From Truepera sp. (GTDB taxonomy: Bacteria; Deinococcota; Deinococci; Deinococcales; Trueperaceae): a stretch of DNA of 64,000 bases. Below the pieces are notes generated by a model. That model did not search any database, was not told the DNA's origin, and saw only the letters and a program-made list of their open reading frames with translations. Both the position numbers and the translations under genes were made by a program. Below, one piece after another: positions 47,973 through 57,287 of this stretch. The stretch lies in NCBI GenBank assembly GCA_965218435.1, contig CBDCKW010000009.1:128001-192000 (forward strand). Reading direction: 5' to 3'. How positions within the stretch are numbered: position 1 is the stretch's first letter; every line of letters begins with the position of its first letter.

Positions 47973-49553
47973 ATGCTGAGCCTCGCGTCGTTTGTGGCCG
48001 AACACGCCCGCGTTACCCCTGAGCGCACCGCTGTGCGTTTGGGCGACACCACCTATAGTTACGCTCAGCTGGACACGATGGCCTGCGCCGTGGCGAACTA
48101 CCTCACCGCGCAGGGTCTGCAAGCGGGCGACAAGGTGGCGCTGAGCTGCCCTAACTTACCTTTTTTTCCGGCGGTGTACTACGGCATCTTACGTGCCGGG
48201 ATGGTGGTGGTGCCGCTCAATGTGCTCTTAAAAGCGCCCGAGGTCAGCTATCACCTTAAAGATTCGGACGCGAAAGCTTACTTCGTCTTTGAAGGAACCG
48301 CCGATTTACCCCTGGCGCAGACTGCGGCGGCGGGGTTTGAGAATGCGCCCGAATGCGAACACCTCGTGGTGATGACGGCGGATATGGCCGCGCCGAGCCC
48401 GGTAGACGGTGCCGCGACGTTCAGCCAACTGCTGAACGACTACGCGGTACCTTTTGAACTCGTCCCTCGTGAGGCGGAGGATACCGCCGTCATCCTCTAC
48501 ACCTCGGGGACGACCGGCCAACCCAAAGGCGCTGAACTCACCCACCTCAATCTGGTGATGAACGCGGTCGTCAGCTCGAACTTAGTCCATATCGAGGGCT
48601 TAGAGGGCAAAGATCAGATTTTCTTGGCGGCGCTGCCACTTTTTCACGTCTTCGGCCAAACGTGCGTGATGAACGCGATGTTTTACCTCGGGGCGCAGAT
48701 TGTGCTGCTCCCACGTTTTACGCCCGAAGCGGCGCTGAGCACCATGAAATATGCCGAGGTCACGACGTTCGCCGGGGTTCCGACGATGTACTGGGGACTG
48801 TTAAACGGGGCGAAGTCGTTTCCTGAGGCTGATTTTACGTCCTTAAAAGCGCAGCTCAAAGCGTGCTTGAGCGGCGGCTCGGCGATGCCCGTCGAGATTT
48901 TGCGGCGTTTTGAAGAGGTTTTTGAAGTCGGGATTTTGGAGGGTTATGGGCTCTCAGAAACGAGTCCGGTGGCATGTTTTAACCACTTTGACCGTGAGCG
49001 CAAAGTCGGTACCATCGGCCAGTCGGTGTTTGGCGTCGAGGTCAAAATCGTCGGGGATGACGATGAAGCGGTCTCTACGGGTGAAGCCGGGGAGATTGTG
49101 CTGCGCGGGCACAACGTCATGAAAGGGTATTACGGTCGTCCTGAAGCGACGTTGGAGGCCATGCGCGGCGGCTGGTTTCATACCGGGGACATCGGGACGA
49201 TGGACGACGAGGGCTACGTCACGGTGGTAGACCGGCTGAAAGACATGATTATCCGGGGCGGCTTTAACGTCTATCCGCGCGAGGTCGAAGAGGTGCTGAT
49301 GACGCACCCCGAGGTGTCTTTGGCCGCAGTCGTCGGGGTGCCCGATGAGCAGTACGGTGAGGAGATTCGGGCGTTTGTGGTTTTGGCTGAGGGCGCGAGT
49401 CTCACCCCTGAAACGCTCCGTGAGTGGAGCAAAACGCAGCTCGCGTCGTACAAGTATCCGCGCCAGTTAGAGCTGGTTGAGAGCTTGCCGATGAACGCGA
49501 CGGGTAAGATTTTGCGCCGCGAACTCCGGTCGGCGGCGCAAGCTCCAGTCTAA
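47973..49553 (+). CDS. Long-chain fatty-acid-CoA ligase
   Basis: YTSGTTGQPKG, EGYGLSET, GWFHTGD, GKILRR; SD AGGAGG. Confidence 0.92.
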   Translation: MLSLASFVAEHARVTPERTAVRLGDTTYSYAQLDTMACAVANYLTAQGLQAGDKVALSCPNLPFFPAVYYGILRAGMVVVPLNVLLKAPEVSYHLKDSDAKAYFVFEGTADLPLAQTAAAGFENAPECEHLVVMTADMAAPSPVDGAATFSQLLNDYAVPFELVPREAEDTAVILYTSGTTGQPKGAELTHLNLVMNAVVSSNLVHIEGLEGKDQIFLAALPLFHVFGQTCVMNAMFYLGAQIVLLPRFTPEAALSTMKYAEVTTFAGVPTMYWGLLNGAKSFPEADFTSLKAQLKACLSGGSAMPVEILRRFEEVFEVGILEGYGLSETSPVACFNHFDRERKVGTIGQSVFGVEVKIVGDDDEAVSTGEAGEIVLRGHNVMKGYYGRPEATLEAMRGGWFHTGDIGTMDDEGYVTVVDRLKDMIIRGGFNVYPREVEEVLMTHPEVSLAAVVGVPDEQYGEEIRAFVVLAEGASLTPETLREWSKTQLASYKYPRQLELVESLPMNATGKILRRELRSAAQAPV

Positions 49554-49563
49554 AGCCGTTCAG

Positions 49564-50361
49564 TTATACTTCACGCCAGTCGTTGCTGGTGATGTGTGAA
49601 CCGGCGTGCGGTCCCATCTGGTTCATCCCGCCGTCAACGACCCACGACGCGCCGGTCACGTAGCTCGAGGCGGGCGACGCTAAAAAGGCGATCACGGCGG
49701 CGATCTCGCGGGCGTCGCCGGGGCGTCCGAGCGGGACACCGGGCCGTTTGGCCCCGTGCGGGTCTTGGTCGGTCTGATCGGTCATCGGCGTGGCAATTTC
49801 GCCTGGGGCGACGGTGTTCGCGGTGATGCCGTAGCGCCCAAGCTCGAGCGCCGCCGTTTTGATCAGGCCACCCAACCCATGCTTGGCCGCGTCATAAGCC
49901 GACGACCCGACCCTGGGCTGATGCTCGTGCACGCTCGTTACTGCAATGATGCGGCCCCCGTTATTCGCCGCGACCATCCGCTTCGCGGCCCGCTGAATAC
50001 AGACGAACGCCCCGTCAAGGTCGGTCATCATCGTGTGCCGCCAGGCGTCGTAGCTCATATCAACTAAAGGCGCACTGTTGCCGGTTCCGGCGTTGTTGAC
50101 CAAAACGTCTACGCCGCCAAGTTCGTCGGCTAAAGCGTCAATCACGTCGCCGCAAGCGGGCACGTCGGTCGTGTCGAGGTGTTTGACGATAGCCTTGCGA
50201 CCGAGCGAGCGGACCTCTTCAGCGGTTTCTTGTGCGCCCTGTTCGTCTTCGTGCCAGGTGACGCCGACGTCCATCCCGGCTTGTGCAAGTGCTACCGCAG
50301 TCGCTTTGCCAATGCCCGAGTCCGACGCGGTTACAATCGCCGTACATGGATCAAATGCCAT
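49564..50361 (-). CDS. SDR oxidoreductase (YohF-like)
   Basis: TASDSGIG, NNAG, YDAAK, PGEIAT. Confidence 0.88.
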   Translation of the reverse strand: MAFDPCTAIVTASDSGIGKATAVALAQAGMDVGVTWHEDEQGAQETAEEVRSLGRKAIVKHLDTTDVPACGDVIDALADELGGVDVLVNNAGTGNSAPLVDMSYDAWRHTMMTDLDGAFVCIQRAAKRMVAANNGGRIIAVTSVHEHQPRVGSSAYDAAKHGLGGLIKTAALELGRYGITANTVAPGEIATPMTDQTDQDPHGAKRPGVPLGRPGDAREIAAVIAFLASPASSYVTGASWVVDGGMNQMGPHAGSHITSNDWREV

Positions 50362-50629
50362 ACTGCCCCCATTTCGTAGTCGCCCCGGTTATGTGTTGTA
50401 TAAAAATCGCCGTGGCGCTGACCTAAGGGTGTCTGACTACGGCCTATTTATCTATTGAGCGCCGTACAATTTAACACTTGCTAGGCTCAGTTAGTCCAAA
50501 AACGTCTTGAAATGCACTACTAGACGAAAACCCGCACGTTTTTTGTGAGAAGATGATGCAGGGTCCTCGAGCAACACAGCTCACTATTACGCTGATTGAC
50601 ACCCGCCAACCTGTGCCGTAAGCTCTAGC

Positions 50630-50735
50630 TAAGCGCCCCGGTCGGGGAAGTCCGGTGAAAGTCCGGCGCTGTCCCGCAACGGTAACGTCTCGCTCGTAAC
50701 AGTTTACGGCGTAGACGAAGCCCGATTACCGACCC
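50630..50735 (+). promoter_or_regulatory. Cobalamin riboswitch
   Basis: GGGAAGTCCGGTGAAAGTCCGGCGCTGTCCCGCAACGGTAA...AAGCCCGA; closing helix GGTCGG/CCGACC; upstream of BtuC-like permease. Confidence 0.9.
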
Positions 50736-50850
50736 TGAGCGTTCCCTAACCCCCGCGCGGACGGAGTGAGGGCGCAGCTCGTCTGAACCGGTACTGCGCC
50801 TCCCGCCTGATTCGCCAAGGCTCGAGGAGGCCGCTTGAACGCTACTATTT

Positions 50851-51933
50851 ATGTTTGTATTTATGTCTGGTCCTATGGCGACGCGGCGCACGTTTTCTAA
50901 ACCTGCTCCCAAAGCTGCGCCGGTACAAAGGTGCCGCTGGACGCCGTTTATCTGGTCGCTCCCTATCCTGCTGGCGGTGCTGACGCTGGCGGCGGGCGTC
51001 GGGACGGTGGCGCTCAGTCCTGCCGAGGTTGCGCGGGCGGTGCTGCACGGTCTGACCGGTCAGCTCTCGGGAACGAGCGACGTGATCGTCTGGCAGATTC
51101 GTTTACCCCGTGTGCTTTTAGCCGCCCTTGTCGGGGGCTCGCTGGCGCTTTCCGGCGCTGCGTATCAGGGCGTGTTTCGTAACCCTCTGGCCGATCCGTA
51201 CCTCTTAGGGGTCGCCAGTGGCGCGGGGCTCGGCGCGACGGTGGCGCTCGTGTTCGGTAGGCGTTTACCGTGGTTTAGCAGCGTCCCGGTGATGAGTTTT
51301 GTTTTTGCACTGCTGGCCGTGGGTTTGACGCTGATTTTGGCGCGGCGGCGGGGCACCTCCTCATCACTTTCTGGGCCGCTCGTCTCGTTGATTTTGGCCG
51401 GGGTGGTGTTGGGCTCGAGCGCCACCGCCCTGACCTCGCTCTTGATGCTCTCGCAACGTGACGACGCCGCGCGCGTCTTGGCGTGGCTCTTGGGCAGTTT
51501 CGGACTCTCGAGCTGGGCGCAGCTCGCGTCGGTGTTGCCCTTTGCGCTGCTGGCGGGCGTTGTGACCTTGGCTTCGGCGCAGGGCCTCAACGTCTTAGGG
51601 TTGGGCGAGGAGAGCGCCGCCGGGCTCGGACTCCGGGTCGAGCGGTTTCGCGCGCTGCTCATCGTTGCCGCGACCCTTTTGGCGGCGGCGGCGGTCAGCG
51701 CAGCGGGGATTATCGGCTTTGCCGGACTGATCGTGCCGCACACGCTGCGGCTGGCGTTCGGCCCGGGTCACCGCACGCTTCTGCCGCTCACCCTCGTTTA
51801 CGGCGCAGTCTTTATGGTGCTCGCCGACCTCGCCGCGCGCACGGTGATTGCGCCCGCCGAGGTACCAATCGGCGTCGTCACGGCGCTGATCGGCGGCCCG
51901 TTTTTTCTCTGGCTCATGCGCCGTAAACTCTGA
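50851..51933 (+). CDS. FecCD/BtuC-family ABC permease (likely cobalamin uptake)
   Basis: IRLPRVLLA, FRNPLADPYLLGV, GIIGFAGLIVPH, PIGVVTALIGGPFF; start uncertain. Confidence 0.9.
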   Translation: MFVFMSGPMATRRTFSKPAPKAAPVQRCRWTPFIWSLPILLAVLTLAAGVGTVALSPAEVARAVLHGLTGQLSGTSDVIVWQIRLPRVLLAALVGGSLALSGAAYQGVFRNPLADPYLLGVASGAGLGATVALVFGRRLPWFSSVPVMSFVFALLAVGLTLILARRRGTSSSLSGPLVSLILAGVVLGSSATALTSLLMLSQRDDAARVLAWLLGSFGLSSWAQLASVLPFALLAGVVTLASAQGLNVLGLGEESAAGLGLRVERFRALLIVAATLLAAAAVSAAGIIGFAGLIVPHTLRLAFGPGHRTLLPLTLVYGAVFMVLADLAARTVIAPAEVPIGVVTALIGGPFFLWLMRRKL

Positions 51934-52101
51934 ATGAAGGGTGGATTTACGCGCTTCAGCCGCTTCGCCCAGTTTTTGAGCCCGTGAGACGCCGTAAACG
52001 CAGTTCTGGTAAGCTTGTCAACTTCTAACTTCTCCGTCCTCTTTTCTGTAACCCGCTAAAAACGCCTCGAGCCGACGGTCATAAAAGCTCAACAGAACCT
52101 A

Positions 52102-52262
52102 GGTTCTGTTGACGTTTTAAGATGTCCACTGCGATTTTTACTGCCGAACACGGGATTAGTCAGAATTCAGTAGCAAGTAGTCAGAAACTCGCAAACCGTT
52201 TTCACTTGTAACGTCCCTCACGAGATCATCTAAGTTTCTCAAGAACAAATGTCAACACAACC
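52102..52262. mobile_element. Candidate MITE or IS remnant
   Basis: Ends GGTTCTGTTGACGTTT / AAATGTCAACACAACC (two mismatches), flanked by TA; no ORF. Confidence 0.55.
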
Positions 52263-52274
52263 TAATACACCAAC

Positions 52275-53060
52275 CTAGTACACCGCCCGTCCGCCCGTCA
52301 GGTCGAAGACAAACCCCGTGTTAAAACTTGCCTCAGGCGATAAAATCCAGAGGGCCAGCGACGCCGTTTCTACAACCGTCCCCAGCCGTTTCATCGGGAT
52401 TTTTGCGGTCATGTACTCGAGCTGTGCCGGGTCTGTGTTCAGGTTGAGGGGGGTGCTGATCACTGCCGGGGCGAGGCCGTTAACGGTAATCCCTGTTTCG
52501 GCAAACTCTTTGCCGACCCCTTTGACGAGGCCGATCACCGCCGCTTTCGTCGAGGTGTAACCGACCATGCCGGGGTTGCCGTCTTTACCCGCAATAGACG
52601 CCATCAGTAAGATGCGGCCGTAGTTGCGCTTTTGCATCTGCACGAGCGCGTATTTGGTCATTAAAAAGCTGCCGAGCTGATTGACCCGCACCACCCGCAT
52701 GTACGTGTTCGTATCGTAGTCCGTGATGTTGGTCGCGGTGGCCCCGGCGATACCGGCACTGTTAAACATGACGTCAAGCCGACCGTGCGTTTGGGTGAGG
52801 GCCTCGAGTTCCGTTTTGACCTGCGCTTCGTCGGTGATGTCTAGGGGTAAGCTCGAGACCGAGCCGTGGCCCTCTAGTTCTGTCAAGGTAGCTGTAAGCG
52901 CGCCTTGGTCACGGTCGGCAATCACGACGTGCGCGCCTTCACGCGCTAAACGTGACGCCACCGCCTTGCCGATGCCGCTTGCGCCGCCGGTCACAACCGC
53001 CACTTGGCCGCTGAACCGCCCTGCAAAGATGCCTGTCGTCGCTGTCTCTGTATCTGTCAT
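52275..53060 (-). CDS. SDR oxidoreductase
   Basis: TGGASGIG, NSAG, YTSTK, FDLTGGRAVY. Confidence 0.9.
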   Translation of the reverse strand: MTDTETATTGIFAGRFSGQVAVVTGGASGIGKAVASRLAREGAHVVIADRDQGALTATLTELEGHGSVSSLPLDITDEAQVKTELEALTQTHGRLDVMFNSAGIAGATATNITDYDTNTYMRVVRVNQLGSFLMTKYALVQMQKRNYGRILLMASIAGKDGNPGMVGYTSTKAAVIGLVKGVGKEFAETGITVNGLAPAVISTPLNLNTDPAQLEYMTAKIPMKRLGTVVETASLALWILSPEASFNTGFVFDLTGGRAVY

Positions 53061-53064
53061 CTCT

Positions 53065-54180
53065 TCACCAATCCGTAACGGAACCGTCCGCGAGGCGAAA
53101 CTGCGGCGTTTCCCACGAGCCGTCGTAGAGCTTGTCCTCGAGCGCGTCTTCGTCTAGTTCAATCCCCAAACCCGGTTTGTCAGACACCGCGATGTAGCCG
53201 TCAACGATCTCAAAAGGTTCTTTGAGGTAACCCTCGCCCAGCGTAAAGTGCTCTTGCGCTAAAAAGTTGGGGATGCAGGCGTCGAGTTGCAAGGACGCCG
53301 CCAGCGAAATCGGCCCGAGCGGGCAGTGCGGCGCGACGGCGGCGTAGTAGCACTCGGCCATCGCCGCAATTTTACGCAGCTCAAAGATGCCGCCCGCGTG
53401 CGAGATGTCGGGTTGCAAGATCGCCGCCGCCTGTTTCTCCAACACTTCCCGAAAGGCCCATTTAGTAAATAACCTCTCGCCGGTGGCGATAGGGATGCTT
53501 GTACTCCGGGCGACGCGGGCCAACTCGTCTACGTTTTCCGGGAGCACGGGCTCTTCGATAAATAAGGGGTGCGAGGGCTCGAGCGCCTGCGCCAGCCGAA
53601 TAGACATCGCGGGGCTGCAGCGTCCGTGAAAGTCAATCCCAATGTCAATGTCCGGCCCGAGCACCTCCCGTAATCCTGCAAAGTGCGCCGCGACCGTCTC
53701 GACCTTCGCGGGCGTATCAACGATGTTAAAGCCTTCTTTCAAGCCGACCTTGTACACCGTAAACCCACTCTCACGACTGACCTGCGCGAGCTCGATGTAG
53801 TCGCCGTAACTCTCGGCGCTGAGCCAGCCGTACATGCGGATTTTGTCGCGGACCGCGCCGCCTAAAAGTTTGTACACGGGTACGCCCAGCTCTTTGGCGG
53901 TGATGTCCCACAGGGCGTGTTCGATGCCGGACAAGGCGCTCGTCAAAATCGGGCCGCCCCGGTAAAACTGTCCCCGGTAGATGGCCTGCCAGTGGTGTTC
54001 GATGCGGCGCGGGTCTTGCCCGATCAGGTAACGTCCGATTTCGTGAACCGCCGCCGCGACCGTTTGCGCGCGCCCTTCGACGATAGGCTCACCCAACCCG
54101 ACGATGCCCGCGTCGGTATGAACCTTTAAGAAGAGCCAGCGGGGGCGGACGAAGATGGTCTCGAGTTGGGTGATTTTCAC
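53065..54180 (-). CDS. dgoD: Galactonate dehydratase (mandelate racemase subgroup)
   Basis: MKIT..PRWLFLKV, GEPIVEGRA, FYRGGPIL, DFHGR, FIEEP, ATGER, APHCPLGPI. Confidence 0.88.
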   Translation of the reverse strand: MKITQLETIFVRPRWLFLKVHTDAGIVGLGEPIVEGRAQTVAAAVHEIGRYLIGQDPRRIEHHWQAIYRGQFYRGGPILTSALSGIEHALWDITAKELGVPVYKLLGGAVRDKIRMYGWLSAESYGDYIELAQVSRESGFTVYKVGLKEGFNIVDTPAKVETVAAHFAGLREVLGPDIDIGIDFHGRCSPAMSIRLAQALEPSHPLFIEEPVLPENVDELARVARSTSIPIATGERLFTKWAFREVLEKQAAAILQPDISHAGGIFELRKIAAMAECYYAAVAPHCPLGPISLAASLQLDACIPNFLAQEHFTLGEGYLKEPFEIVDGYIAVSDKPGLGIELDEDALEDKLYDGSWETPQFRLADGSVTDW

Positions 54181-54222
54181 TTTGGACTCCTGGTAGTTCG
54201 TATGGTTTATATTTCATATGGC

Positions 54223-54996
54223 TCACTCGGCAAAGCGGGCGCTGGTGCCGCCGTCAATCACGATCTCTGTGCCGGTAAGATAGCGCGCCTCGTCACTCGC
54301 CAAAAATGCCACCAAGTTGCCGACGTCTTCAGGCTCACCGATACGGCCGACGGGGAGGCTCGAGCGCACCTTTTCCCGCGCCGCTTCGGGGTCTTTTGCG
54401 TCGGCAAACCCCTGCAACACCGCGTCGGATAAAATCCAACCGGGACTCACCGCTACTACCCGGATACCCTTGTTGCCCCAATCGAGCGCCAAGCTTTTCG
54501 TCAGCCCGACCAGCCCTGCTTTGGTCGCGCTGTAAGGGAACATGTTATAGGTCGTAAGCGTCGCGTGGACGCTGGCGATGTTGATGATGACGCCGCCGCC
54601 CCGAGAGACCATTTCAGGTAACGTGTATTTGCAGAGGAGCCACGCGCCCTTGAGGTCAACGGCCATCCCGCTGTCCCACTCTTCGCTCGTCATCTCGGCG
54701 GCGTTGTAGGCGAGGTTGCGCCCGGCGTTGTTGACCAAAATATCGAGCCCACCAAACTCTTTGGCAACTTGGACTGCCGCTGCAACTTCGGTTTCCTGAC
54801 TGACGTCGGTTTGTACAAAGACCGCGTTTGCTCCCGTAGCCTGCAGAGTTTGCGCGGCGGCTTCTCCCGCGTCGGCGTCAATCTCTGCCAGCACGACCGC
54901 CGCGCCTGCCTGGGCCAATCGCACGGCGATAGCCTTGCCAATCCCGCGCCCTGCCCCGGTCACTAACGCGACTCGTCCTGCTAACGACCGGCTCAC
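54223..54996 (-). CDS. SDR oxidoreductase
   Basis: TGAGRGIG, NNAG, YSATK. Confidence 0.9.
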   Translation of the reverse strand: MSRSLAGRVALVTGAGRGIGKAIAVRLAQAGAAVVLAEIDADAGEAAAQTLQATGANAVFVQTDVSQETEVAAAVQVAKEFGGLDILVNNAGRNLAYNAAEMTSEEWDSGMAVDLKGAWLLCKYTLPEMVSRGGGVIINIASVHATLTTYNMFPYSATKAGLVGLTKSLALDWGNKGIRVVAVSPGWILSDAVLQGFADAKDPEAAREKVRSSLPVGRIGEPEDVGNLVAFLASDEARYLTGTEIVIDGGTSARFAE

Positions 54997-56252
54997 AGTG
55001 ACCGCAGCGGCAACCCCGTCGCCGCTTCAATAGTAAGCAACCGGTTGTACTTGGCGAGGCGTTCGGACTGCTGGATTGACCCCACCTTGATGAAGTCGCC
55101 CTGCCAGCCCACCGCTAGGTCAGCGAGCCAGTCATCCTCGGTTTCGCCGCTGCGGGCACTGACGACGACCTGCCAACCGTGTGACCGGGCCAAAGTAAGC
55201 GCCTCGGCAGCTTCAGTCAGGGTGCCGATCTGATTGACCTTTAAGAGCAGCGCGTTGGCAGCTTCGGCGTCAACAGCTTGTTGAATACGCGCCGGATTGG
55301 TACAGAGCAGGTCGTCACCTAAAACGAGAACATCGTGACCTACAGCGGCCTGTAACGCTGTCCAGTGCGCCCAGTCTTCCTCGGCAAGTCCGTCCTCGAG
55401 ACTGACAACTGGGTAGTCACGGAGCCAGGTTTGCAGCTTTGAGACCATCTCCGCCCCGGTCAAGCTTTTGTTGCTCAGCCGGTACCAACCGTTTTCGTAA
55501 AAGTGGCTCGAGGCCACGTCGAGGGCGAGGGCCACATCTTCGCCGGGTCTGAGACCGGCTGCTTGAATTGCCGCTACCGCGTCTTCAATCATCGCTTCTT
55601 CGCTCCCGAAGTCGGGTGCGAGACCCCCCTCGTCAGCTTTAAGTGGCCGTGAGTGGTACTTGGTTCGGACGAGCTGAACCGCACTTTGCACCACGGCGTA
55701 GGTCATCTCTAACGACTCGGCGACGGTTCCAGCTGACTGCGGCACCAGCAAAACATCTTGAATCACGACCTGACCCCCCGCGTGTTTGCCGCCGCTAAAG
55801 AGGTTGACTGTAAGGCGTGGGAGAAAGTCGAGCCGCGTACCTGCCAGCTTAGCGAACTGCTCATAAAGCGGTTCTGACCGCTCTAGAGCTTGTGCCCGTG
55901 CGAACGCCAGCGAGACGCCGAGAATAGCGTTCGCCCCAAGCCGCGATTTGTGGGGTGTACCGTCGAGCTGAATAAGGTGACGGTCCAGGTCGGCCTGGGT
56001 CGCAAACGTTTTACGGCTGACGCTCCTGAATATCTCACCGTCAACGTTTTGAGCAGCTTTGCGGCACCCCAAGCCGCCGTAACGCCTGTCGCCGTCACGG
56101 AGTTCCAACGCTTCAGCGCGTCCGGTAGACGCACCCGACGGCACCGACGCAGTTGCAGAAATGCCGCTCGAGAGTTCACACGTCACCTGAACGGTCGGGC
56201 GTCCCCGGCTGTCTAAAATCTCTAACGCGTGTAGACTCGTAATCTCAAACAC
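54993..56252 (-). CDS. Enolase paralog with altered active-site motifs
   Basis: EILDSRGRPTV, VPSGASTG, LGANAILGVS, EDG, GDDL, KVNQIGT; deviant NLFSGGKHA, QDVL, SARSGET. Confidence 0.88.
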   Translation of the reverse strand: MFEITSLHALEILDSRGRPTVQVTCELSSGISATASVPSGASTGRAEALELRDGDRRYGGLGCRKAAQNVDGEIFRSVSRKTFATQADLDRHLIQLDGTPHKSRLGANAILGVSLAFARAQALERSEPLYEQFAKLAGTRLDFLPRLTVNLFSGGKHAGGQVVIQDVLLVPQSAGTVAESLEMTYAVVQSAVQLVRTKYHSRPLKADEGGLAPDFGSEEAMIEDAVAAIQAAGLRPGEDVALALDVASSHFYENGWYRLSNKSLTGAEMVSKLQTWLRDYPVVSLEDGLAEEDWAHWTALQAAVGHDVLVLGDDLLCTNPARIQQAVDAEAANALLLKVNQIGTLTEAAEALTLARSHGWQVVVSARSGETEDDWLADLAVGWQGDFIKVGSIQQSERLAKYNRLLTIEAATGLPLRSL

Positions 56253-57273
56253 GCGTCAGCCCTGCGGTAAAACGAGACACGAGTTGGGAAACAGTCCGTG
56301 GTTGATCGTTCATCAGCTCGACCACGACCTCCTTTTGGCGCTGTTTTTCCCCTTTGCTTAAATACTCGAGCGGCGAACGCCCCGCGACGCGGGCCAAGAG
56401 GCAGCCGAGCGTGTGCCTTACGGCGTAGGGCTCGAGCGCTCCGGCAAAGGGAACGTCACCCAGTGCATTTTGGTAGTGCGCCCAAAAATCCAGCGTTGCC
56501 TGCCCAAACGCAGTCCTCGAGTCCGGCAGATGATGCGCTTTACTCAGCAGATGCGTCATCCCGAAACCCAGATCGAAGGCGGGATCGCCGAAGTGAATCA
56601 CTTCGTGGTCTAACAAGATCAGCTTGTCCCGGTAAACCAGTACGTTTTTAGGGCTGTAGTCGCCGTGGACCAGGGTCAGTAACCGGTTGCGGGTGTCCTC
56701 AACGAGCACGTGTAAAAAGTCGGCGGCTTCAGGAACCTGTTCAGCGGCGTAAAGGTAGTAGGGCTCGAGCCGTAAATTCTTAAAATACTGCCTGTCGGCA
56801 AACATTGCGGCGACCTCTCCCGACCGCTCATTTTCCAAAAAAGCGTTGCGGTGAACGTGTCCCAAAAGGATGGCAAACTGCGCGACGTGCTCACCTTTTA
56901 CGTCGCCCTGTAAGAGCACCGTCTTCCAGTTTTCATGAGGTTGAGCCACGGCTTGCATCGCCAAAACATGCTCGGTTTCGTCTTCAAAGACGAGCGGTGT
57001 GATGCTGCCCGGCGGGGCGTAACGGGCCAAAGCTTGCATCCCCAGCGCCTCGTAGTGAATCCGCTCAGGGCTGCTAAACCAGTCTACGGCGACGCGCAGC
57101 TTTGCCAGAGCTTGCTTTAACACCCACGCTTCTCCCTCGGAACGCTCCAAGAGCACGGTCCGGTTCGATACGCCGCCTTTCAGTACCGTCATCGTCATTT
57201 TTACGCCCGACTTGGTAACGCCGCGCCCGAACAGATACTCGCGCAGCTCCTCGGGACGTTCGATGTCTATCAT
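56245..57273 (-). CDS. APH/methylthioribose-kinase-like phosphotransferase
   Basis: GGVSN, VLKQ, HGDYSPKN, LDHE, GDPAFD. Confidence 0.85.
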   Translation of the reverse strand: MIDIERPEELREYLFGRGVTKSGVKMTMTVLKGGVSNRTVLLERSEGEAWVLKQALAKLRVAVDWFSSPERIHYEALGMQALARYAPPGSITPLVFEDETEHVLAMQAVAQPHENWKTVLLQGDVKGEHVAQFAILLGHVHRNAFLENERSGEVAAMFADRQYFKNLRLEPYYLYAAEQVPEAADFLHVLVEDTRNRLLTLVHGDYSPKNVLVYRDKLILLDHEVIHFGDPAFDLGFGMTHLLSKAHHLPDSRTAFGQATLDFWAHYQNALGDVPFAGALEPYAVRHTLGCLLARVAGRSPLEYLSKGEKQRQKEVVVELMNDQPRTVSQLVSRFTAGLTRV

Positions 57274-57287
57274 CTGGTGCCTGTCAT

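Noticed and set aside
12046..52101. 40-kb composite transposon bounded by inverted TAGGTTCTGTTGA ends
   Set aside because: Interval holds core genes (lepA, pyrF, uvrA, scpB) and no matching transposase; independent MITE ends are simpler.
54993..56252. Housekeeping eno
   Set aside because: Active-site substitutions and catabolic operon context argue for a paralog.
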